Source: a virus (Duplodnaviria > Caudoviricetes). From it: a stretch of DNA of 64,000 bases. Each line of letters opens with the position of its first letter. Position 1 is the stretch's first letter. The stretch covers positions 1,749-65,748 of IMG/VR virus record IMGVR_UViG_2690315620_000001; one strand, 5' to 3'. Positions 57,785 through 64,000 of the stretch are shown in pieces. A program made the position numbers and the translations under genes. The notes below the pieces were generated by a model. The model saw only the letters and a program-made list of their open reading frames with translations, was not told where the DNA came from and did no database searches.

Positions 57785-58053
57785 TAAAGTGCCTCCTTTA
57801 TCCGTACAGACGGTATTAAAACTTCGGCATTCCATCGCAATTCCATTTCCGTCGTTAGTTCACGGTGCCAACGTGTAAGTCGGTTAGGTCGGACGCCTCT
57901 GTGATGTAATCCGCAAATCGTTTGCCCTACGAATACTGCGTAAGTCTTACGATGGTCATTCGGCTTGGCGACCGTTAAATTAATGAAGTCCGCTTCTTCC
58001 TTCGTATCTACTACGATTAACTCGAAAACCATTCCGCCACCTCCTAAAGCCAA
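57784..58053 (-). CDS. Hypothetical protein
   Basis: Likely start MVFEL after GGAGG. Confidence 0.5.
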   Translation of the reverse strand: MALGGGGMVFELIVVDTKEEADFINLTVAKPNDHRKTYAVFVGQTICGLHHRGVRPNRLTRWHRELTTEMELRWNAEVLIPSVRIKEAL

Positions 58054-58436
58054 TCGGCTAATTTATCGATATTGTCGTTATCCGACGTAGCGACCGCTCT
58101 GTCTACGTCTGCCTTGCGTTGTGACTCCGCTTGTAACCGCTGTAAGTGCCGCGTCATATACGTAACCATAAACCCATACGATAGCCCCGGATATTGCGCG
58201 GACGGCTTGTACTCGTCGAAGCAAGCGTCGATGAACGCCTTGACAAGCGCCTTATCGTATTGCCCTTCACGCTTCGCTGTGCCGATGTAACGTCCTAACA
58301 TGCCGGCTTCTGCGTTAAAGCCTCGGAAAGGTACGTAATCTACGCCGTAACGACGCTTGTGTTCGTCGACTAAGTAATTGCGGAAGTGGGCGGTGTTCCA
58401 CTTTTCCGTAGGTAATTCCGTGTAGTGCTTCGTCAT
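58044..58436 (-). CDS. Putative loader partner/replisome organiser
   Basis: WN..HF..YL motif, C-terminal DWL; upstream of DnaC-like gene. Confidence 0.5.
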   Translation of the reverse strand: MTKHYTELPTEKWNTAHFRNYLVDEHKRRYGVDYVPFRGFNAEAGMLGRYIGTAKREGQYDKALVKAFIDACFDEYKPSAQYPGLSYGFMVTYMTRHLQRLQAESQRKADVDRAVATSDNDNIDKLADWL

Positions 58437-58831
58437 TTAATCGCCTCCGTTGCAATATCGACGCATTTATCATATGCCTCTTCGGTAGTACGTAAAGGCG
58501 CAGGGTCGATTAACCATCCGTCAGAATTTGCGATAGTTTCCAACGCTTTACGAAATTTATCGCTCTTACGCTGAAATTCGAAATGAGACGTCATCCATTC
58601 ATTTCTATTCGTGTTAAGCGCTTTATTTCTCTCTCGTAATCTCTCAACCTCCGCCAGCAGCTTCGGAATATCTTCGACCGCATGACTTAGGAATTGAACA
58701 CCGACGTCGTTTATACGCCGTTCCCATACTAAGTGGTATTCGTCGATTAGCGTTGATTCGACGTTAATTCTCTTACCTTCCTCCGCTCGTTTGCGGATTG
58801 CTTCGATTTCTTCCGTTGTTAATCGTGTCAT
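58433..58831 (-). CDS. Hypothetical protein (Ead/Ea22-like IPKLLAEVERL)
   Basis: LT.EE..AIR.R...F..HA..DIP.LLAEVERL. Confidence 0.6.
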   Translation of the reverse strand: MTRLTTEEIEAIRKRAEEGKRINVESTLIDEYHLVWERRINDVGVQFLSHAVEDIPKLLAEVERLRERNKALNTNRNEWMTSHFEFQRKSDKFRKALETIANSDGWLIDPAPLRTTEEAYDKCVDIATEAIK

Positions 58832-58848
58832 TTTCCGATTCCCCCTCG

Positions 58849-59463
58849 TTAATTAAACGTTATTTTCGTTACTCCCGGCACTAGCGCCAATATCGCTTCA
58901 ATCGCGCGCTGGCTCGCTTGTTCCGACTGCTTCCGTACCTCGCCGTCCGCTTCGATTTCCTTACGTACGGATGCGCTCGCCTTTGCGTATAACAACTGGC
59001 GGTCGACTTCCGTGAAGTCCTTGCGTAAAGCCCCGACTTGCTTATCGATGACGATCGCGTCGTAAGGCAACTCCAGCGCAATTAATTCGATGTCCGGCGT
59101 ATTAATGATGATTTCGTTATTAGCCGTGATGACTACGTTAGCCGCCGTAATGTCTGCGATGTTAAAGCCGGTTTTAAACGTACCGTGTAGCGTCATGTCG
59201 AACGTCTTGTCGCCGAACCACTTGGCGTCGGTATAGCGGAATTCCTTTTCGACTACGCCTTCGAGTCCGACGATTTGTAAGTTCTCAGTAAGCGCCGTGA
59301 TGACCGTTTGCTTATCGATTATATGCGTTGTCGGTACGCTTAGTTGCTCCGCCTCTTTTTCGATAGACGACGCCTTGTTACCGCTCATGCAGGCCGTTAG
59401 CGTGACGACTGCGGTTATGACGACGAGGGCAAACGTTGCTAGCTTGCGTAGGTTTAGCGACAT
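58849..59463 (-). CDS. DUF4230-like lipoprotein
   Basis: Lipobox LTAC; G.K......G.FK.GF. Confidence 0.7.
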   Translation of the reverse strand: MSLNLRKLATFALVVITAVVTLTACMSGNKASSIEKEAEQLSVPTTHIIDKQTVITALTENLQIVGLEGVVEKEFRYTDAKWFGDKTFDMTLHGTFKTGFNIADITAANVVITANNEIIINTPDIELIALELPYDAIVIDKQVGALRKDFTEVDRQLLYAKASASVRKEIEADGEVRKQSEQASQRAIEAILALVPGVTKITFN

Positions 59464-59840
59464 TAGGCGTTGACCCCTTCGATTTTGATTCCGAGTATGT
59501 CGAGCGTTTCACGGATACCTTCCATTGCGCCTTCCGCTCGGATAATCGTAGGCGTTGTCATTCCGAGATTTGCTGGTAGCATTCGTATATCTTCGTAGTA
59601 CTCGCGCACCTTGTCCTTCGGCGACTTTTCGACTTCGTATCCGCTGACTAGCGCTTGCATGAGTTTGTCCTCCGACTTATTAGCGCTCGCCCATTCGTAG
59701 AGTGTGTACGTCGTAGCCGTATGAGGTTGCGTATGATTGACCGCACACATAAGTATTTCGGCGTTGGTAAATTCGAGCGTGCGTAATTCCTCGATTGCTT
59801 CGATCACTTCCGATGGTAGCGTTACTTTTGCGTTTGACAT
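59463..59840 (-). CDS. DUF1642-like protein
   Basis: KV.LP..V.EAIE, AL..GYEVEK. Confidence 0.65.
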   Translation of the reverse strand: MSNAKVTLPSEVIEAIEELRTLEFTNAEILMCAVNHTQPHTATTYTLYEWASANKSEDKLMQALVSGYEVEKSPKDKVREYYEDIRMLPANLGMTTPTIIRAEGAMEGIRETLDILGIKIEGVNA

Positions 59841-60154
59841 TCGTTATTCCTCCGTTTCATATTCGTGTATTTATCGTGCCTGTGAGCCTCCGTTTGTATT
59901 CCGTGAGTATTTCTTTAGGTGCGATGGTAGAACGCCTGTAATCGTCGATTATGACGGTTAAAACGCGTACTACGTCGTTTGATGCCGGCGCCACCCGTAC
60001 GCCTATTCTTTTGAACTTAAGTTCCTTCGATTATATATAGTAGGTATTTATCGTAGGCACTTAATATTAGCGTTATAATCTTTTATAAAAACATCTGCGA
60101 CTGAACGATAGTGAAGGAGCAATTACTTGAACTTTATTTTACTCTCGCAATTAC

Positions 60155-60258
60155 TAAGTCTAGTTAAATGAGTATAGTTAAGTAAGTCTAGTTAGTCTTC
60201 AATTGGTGAAGTACCCTCCCTCAAGTATTGAAGTACTCTACTGCCTATATTGAAGTAG
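60155..60258. repeat. Iteron-like repeats / putative replication origin
   Basis: TGAAGTA at 60207, 60229, 60251 (22-bp period); TAAGTCTAGTTA at 60155 and 60183; AT-rich flank. Confidence 0.65.
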
Positions 60259-60595
60259 GTAAGGTAAAACTATCCGGCGGAACTAATAGCGTGTATTCAT
60301 TCGATAGGTGCGAAATACCGCGTCGTCTTCGCGTTATTTTAACGAGTTCCAATTCTTCCAAACGCTTCAACGCTGCTCTAACTGTATTCTCCGAACAACA
60401 TGCTTTCTTTGCGAGTGTCTGAACGCTAGGATGCGATTTCATAGACGTATTATCTGCGTACATACATAAGATTGCGTAAACTAGTTTCTGCGATGCTTTA
60501 TCGAGGTGTACTTCGTCGTTTATTACGCTTTTAGTTACGCGGGTGAAGCGTTGATCCTGAAAATCTAGCACGTTCAACTTCGTATCCTGCGTCAT
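60245..60595 (-). CDS. Short winged-helix replication initiator-like protein
   Basis: KLVY..L..YAD....PS..TLA....SE.TV..ALK.LEE...SN.Y.L; start MTQDTK. Confidence 0.75.
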   Translation of the reverse strand: MTQDTKLNVLDFQDQRFTRVTKSVINDEVHLDKASQKLVYAILCMYADNTSMKSHPSVQTLAKKACCSENTVRAALKRLEELELVKITRRRRGISHLSNEYTLLVPPDSFTLPTSI

Positions 60596-60696
60596 TTCTC
60601 CGACTCTCCTTTTGGCGACCGAATCGTCCATACGAATAATCCCGAACCAATCAGCGCCATATAAAGTAGAAATAATACCGTTCCGTATTCCGTCAT
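60592..60696 (-). CDS. 34-aa single-TM peptide
   Basis: AAGGAGG RBS; MTEYGTVLFLLYMALIGSGLFVWTIRSPKGESEK; ATGA coupling to initiator. Confidence 0.6.
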   Translation of the reverse strand: MTEYGTVLFLLYMALIGSGLFVWTIRSPKGESEK

Positions 60697-60713
60697 GTTA
60701 TCGCCTCCTTACT

Positions 60714-60745
60714 TCTAATATCGAAATGGAATCGCAAGTGCGGAG
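60714..60745 (-). promoter_or_regulatory. Phage-sigma promoter copy (variant)
   Basis: CTCCGC-N13-TTTCGATATTAGA. Confidence 0.7.
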
Positions 60746-60826
60746 TATTTTCGCAAATTAATTTCGGAAACTTCCGCATAACGCAAAAAACGCCCCACGC
60801 TGATTAGGCGCAGGGCATCGTTATTT

Positions 60827-61399
60827 CTATCGTTTTATATCGTAGCCTCCGAATACTTTCTCTTCCGCTACGATATCGTTATTAGTCGCTGATCGAATGT
60901 CTACAAGCGCAGTATCGTCAAGCACCGTCTTTATCGCCGTACTTACCGTAGTAGCAAACGATTCTTTTTCGCTTTCCGAACTAACCGCCCATGTCGTTTC
61001 ATCGACGAATACATTCGCTTTATAGTAACTGCCGTACTCAACAGTAACGTCCGTAATAATGCCGTCCGAATTCTCGATAAGCAACTGCTTGAACGTTTCG
61101 AATTCGGCTAACGTCTTATCTACCGCAGCTTGCTCCGTTTCTTTGCGTAGCTTTTCCGCTTCTGCATCCGCCTTTTCCTTCGCCGCTTCCGCCTCGGCTT
61201 TCTTCGCTTTCTTCGCTTCTTTCTCGGCCGCCTTCGCCGTAGCTTCCGTACTATCCGCCTTCTCTACGTATACTACTGGCGCTGCCTCTTCCGGTGGCGG
61301 TAATAAAGCGCCCATTGTTGCGCTAAATGCGGTGAATATTAAAAATGCGGCTGTCCATATCGTCCAACGTTTATACCACGGTTTTTTATCCGTTTTCAT
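60827..61399 (-). CDS. Membrane-anchored exported protein (moron-like)
   Basis: KKPWYKRW.IW plus TM, Ala/Glu/Lys linker; TTGACA upstream; terminator at about 60785-60815. Confidence 0.75.
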   Translation of the reverse strand: MKTDKKPWYKRWTIWTAAFLIFTAFSATMGALLPPPEEAAPVVYVEKADSTEATAKAAEKEAKKAKKAEAEAAKEKADAEAEKLRKETEQAAVDKTLAEFETFKQLLIENSDGIITDVTVEYGSYYKANVFVDETTWAVSSESEKESFATTVSTAIKTVLDDTALVDIRSATNNDIVAEEKVFGGYDIKR

Positions 61400-61547
61400 A
61401 CGTACACTCCTCGTTATTGTTTCGTTATCTAATTCCGTTACTTATCATATAATATGCCGGATTATTCCGAATATGTCAACGAGGACAAAGTAAAAACGAC
61501 CTAACCCGTATGTTCTACGTAGTTAGGTCGTATATTAAGTGCGTATT

Positions 61548-61862
61548 TTATTCTTCGTGTAGGCGCCATAACTCTTCGTCATACCAATCCGAAAATGTAT
61601 CGCCTTTATCGTCAAAGTCTTTCTGATCCCCGCTAGATAGCGCCATTGGGAGAATGCCACTAAGTTGTAAGTCATCGTAAGTAATACCGGAGACACCACG
61701 ACTTTCCGCACTCACCCGGTTAGTATCAGCCCAAATTTCATCGGTCATGTTAGCAAATTTATTGCCTTTTCCACGAATGACACGGCAAATATCGTCAGTA
61801 TCTACCCTGCTCTTATTCTTAAAACTACCGCTAAACTTTGCTAGTTTGTCCTTTTCTGTCAT
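61548..61862 (-). CDS. Hypothetical protein
   Basis: AAGGAGG RBS; ATGA overlap with HNH. Confidence 0.6.
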   Translation of the reverse strand: MTEKDKLAKFSGSFKNKSRVDTDDICRVIRGKGNKFANMTDEIWADTNRVSAESRGVSGITYDDLQLSGILPMALSSGDQKDFDDKGDTFSDWYDEELWRLHEE

Positions 61863-62683
61863 GCTGATTCCTCCTTCTCAGTTTTAATTACGTCAATACT
61901 GCGTGGATTGTCAAAACACCAATCTACGTATTTGCGGTACTCTTGCGTCGACATTGCGTTAAGTTGCGCAAGATATTCTATTAGTTCGTCAAACTTGCGT
62001 TGTTCAAGTCCGAAGCGTTCCTTGTTGGCCTCGAACCATTCGAATATGTGTTGCGCACCTTTTGAAACGTTTAAGTCAGCACGTAAAGGGTAACAGTTTT
62101 CGGGAATAGACCCTCCATGCCCAACCGCAAGTGGAATTGCGTGGTCCATATGTGTGTCGGCTTCCCCGGTTAATGCACAGACATTTGCGAAGCGCTCCTT
62201 TATCTCTATTTGATGCCTTAGTGTTAAACCTGCGGGAAGTGTGCTTTTGAGCGCTCGCCTTCTACTACTGTATAGCGACACTTTCTCGGGGTTATTCTTC
62301 GTCCAACGGTTATTACTTATTCTTGCTTTCTCTGGATTTTTTCTTCTCCAAAGATTTACATATTCCTTCATCTTCTCCGGGTTTTCGTTATACCTTCGCT
62401 TGTCCATTTCTCTAAGCTTCTCCGGGTTTTCAATCCGTTTTTTTCTGACTTGTGTCGCGTGACAATCTAGGCAATTCGATCGGATACCTCCCTTGCCGTC
62501 CTTACCAAACTTCCTGTGCAATTTCAACACCCCACACAGATTACACTCCCTTGCGATTAAGCTATCACCATTCCAATATAAGCACGAACCCTTTTGGCCT
62601 TTTCTTTCCTCATAGCCCATTGCCAGTAACTCGTCCCGTGTTACGATCCCCTCGTTTTTTATCCCGTTTAATTCCTCACCCAT
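61859..62683 (-). CDS. HNH endonuclease with CxxC and NPEK repeats
   Basis: C..C...F.K...C..C, 4x NPEK, CALTG...HMDH.IP...N..P....N.SK. Confidence 0.85.
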   Translation of the reverse strand: MGEELNGIKNEGIVTRDELLAMGYEERKGQKGSCLYWNGDSLIARECNLCGVLKLHRKFGKDGKGGIRSNCLDCHATQVRKKRIENPEKLREMDKRRYNENPEKMKEYVNLWRRKNPEKARISNNRWTKNNPEKVSLYSSRRRALKSTLPAGLTLRHQIEIKERFANVCALTGEADTHMDHAIPLAVGHGGSIPENCYPLRADLNVSKGAQHIFEWFEANKERFGLEQRKFDELIEYLAQLNAMSTQEYRKYVDWCFDNPRSIDVIKTEKEESA

Positions 62684-62787
62684 AAAACGTCACCCCTTCG
62701 CTTTATTTGCGTTTCTTTTAATTAATACCGATTTCTCTATTAATCGTGGCACCTTATTGCGCCTCGCTATTTGTAATCTCTTATACT

Positions 62788-62818
62788 AGTAATATCGTTT
62801 GAGACTGCTCTGTGCGGA
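62788..62818 (-). promoter_or_regulatory. Phage-sigma promoter copy
   Basis: TCCGC-N13-AAACGATATTACT. Confidence 0.75.
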
Positions 62819-62998
62819 TGGTTTTCGTGAACTAATTTTAGAGGACGCAAAAAAGCCCCATACAATTAAGTACAGGACTTTATACATTGCTTATTTAATT
62901 AAGGCTATATAATCGTGCGTATAAGCCGTTTCACCCTAAACCCAAACTAAATACTCCCGATATACATTAAGACGGCTAGAAACGAGCAAAACGGACGC

Positions 62999-64000
62999 TT
63001 AACGATACTTGCGTAGCTTGTCTGCGACTTCTTCCGGACTTAAATGTAAATAGCGTGTTGTTACGGCAAAATCGCTATGGCCGAGTGCTTTCGATACTAG
63101 CGCAAGGTCGCCACCACTCCGATTATAGATGTCCTTCGCGAATCCTCGACGCAATGCGTGCGGCGACATATTCGCTAATCCGTATTTACGTTTGTAGAAA
63201 TTAATCCGCTTGCCGATGTTATTCGATGTAAACGACGTTGCTATCCGCGTTCCTGTTCTCGTTACAAATACGAAGTCGTTACGCTCGCCGTGTATTTTTC
63301 GGACCTTCGCATTCTGCGCTATCAGTGTGCTTAATAGCGTTTTAAGGCGTTCGTCGAACGGTAGTACGATGGATTCGCGGTTCTTAACGATAGCACCTTC
63401 GAGTCGTAGCGTCTGCGTATTTATATCGACGTGGCGTTCTTCCAATACCGATACTGATCCGAGGCGTAATCCCGTTTGATACATCAGCAGAATCGCCGTT
63501 GCATCGCGTAACTGCACGAAATCCGATAAGTCGAGCAATCGCAATAGCGCAAATACGTCAGCTTCTGCCGCCCCTTCTTTAACGGGCGCATCGACTTTAA
63601 TCGTTATCTGACGCCAGAATCGTGCGCCTAGCCATCCGTTATCCGCGCAACGCTCTAAGAACGCCTTTAGGCATTTAAGACGCGTCAGCTTCGTTTGTGC
63701 GCTCACTTGCATCGACGCCAGCCATTCGTAGACGCCTTCCGCTGACGCCTCGTCTAATCGCTCTATCTGCGTTACTTCGATGAAATGCTTAACGTGTAAT
63801 TCGTAGTCGCTAATCGTGCGCGGACGTAAACCGCCCGTCTGCATCTGCGTAATAACGATTTCAAGCGCTCGCGTCACCGATAAGCTGACCGATACCGCTT
63901 CCGTTTTAGACGCCTTCTTCGCTTTAGTGGGCGCCACTGAACCGAATAAATCCGTTAAATCTTTGTCGACGGCTAATTCCGTCTTTTTCTTCGTAGCCAT
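62999..64000 (-). CDS. int: Tyrosine recombinase/integrase
   Basis: TGLR, K, PHALRR, LGH, TTRY catalytic residues. Confidence 0.93.
   Translation of the reverse strand: MATKKKTELAVDKDLTDLFGSVAPTKAKKASKTEAVSVSLSVTRALEIVITQMQTGGLRPRTISDYELHVKHFIEVTQIERLDEASAEGVYEWLASMQVSAQTKLTRLKCLKAFLERCADNGWLGARFWRQITIKVDAPVKEGAAEADVFALLRLLDLSDFVQLRDATAILLMYQTGLRLGSVSVLEERHVDINTQTLRLEGAIVKNRESIVLPFDERLKTLLSTLIAQNAKVRKIHGERNDFVFVTRTGTRIATSFTSNNIGKRINFYKRKYGLANMSPHALRRGFAKDIYNRSGGDLALVSKALGHSDFAVTTRYLHLSPEEVADKLRKYR

Larger units (their letters stand above)
1..64000 (-). mobile_element. Temperate Bacillales myovirus/prophage (partial; continues beyond the left edge)
   Basis: Continuous integrase-replication-packaging-head-contractile tail-lysis gene order; Bacillus-type GGAGG RBSs; no host housekeeping genes; att sites not seen. 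Confidence 0.95.

Noticed and set aside
59856-60027. Open minus-strand frame KELKFKRIGVRVAPASNDVVRVL...
   Set aside because: No convincing RBS/start pair; left uncalled
62880-62998. att site downstream of the integrase
   Set aside because: No matching core repeat visible; prophage boundaries lie outside the window
117-63479. Many plus-strand ORFs in the track (e.g. 12102-12800, 18577-19083, 19531-20130)
   Set aside because: Antisense shadows of well-supported minus-strand genes, with no RBS or protein motifs

Overview
The window holds most of a temperate Bacillales myovirus or prophage, almost all on the minus strand. From right to left: tyrosine integrase (its ATG sits exactly at the window end), HTH initiator with iteron-like repeats, DnaC/DnaB/primase, a control region (two XRE genes and a phage sigma factor), SSB, family A DNA polymerase, nucleotide metabolism (class II RNR, PhoH, dUTPase, ThyX, dNMP kinase), two DNA methyltransferases, terminase, portal, head, PBSX/Xkd-type contractile tail, beta-helix tailspike and lysis genes. 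A post-lysis module (RHH-like gene, VirB2-like pilin, membrane protein, large P-loop ATPase) runs off the left edge. Signals not in the ORF track: (1) five genes, including the portal, whose only good Shine-Dalgarno points at ATC/ATA; (2) six copies of a phage promoter TCCGC-N13/14-AAACGATAWTACT, one in front of the sigma gene itself; (3) a Bacillus dif-like Xer site between terS and terL; (4) a sigE-like promoter in front of the pilin/ATPase module; (5) a LexA-like box and antisense promoters around the switch; (6) a multispecific C5 methyltransferase with six internal and one N-terminal TRD-like unit; (7) six free-standing homing-type endonucleases. All family assignments come from motif recognition and gene order by eye; no database searches were run.
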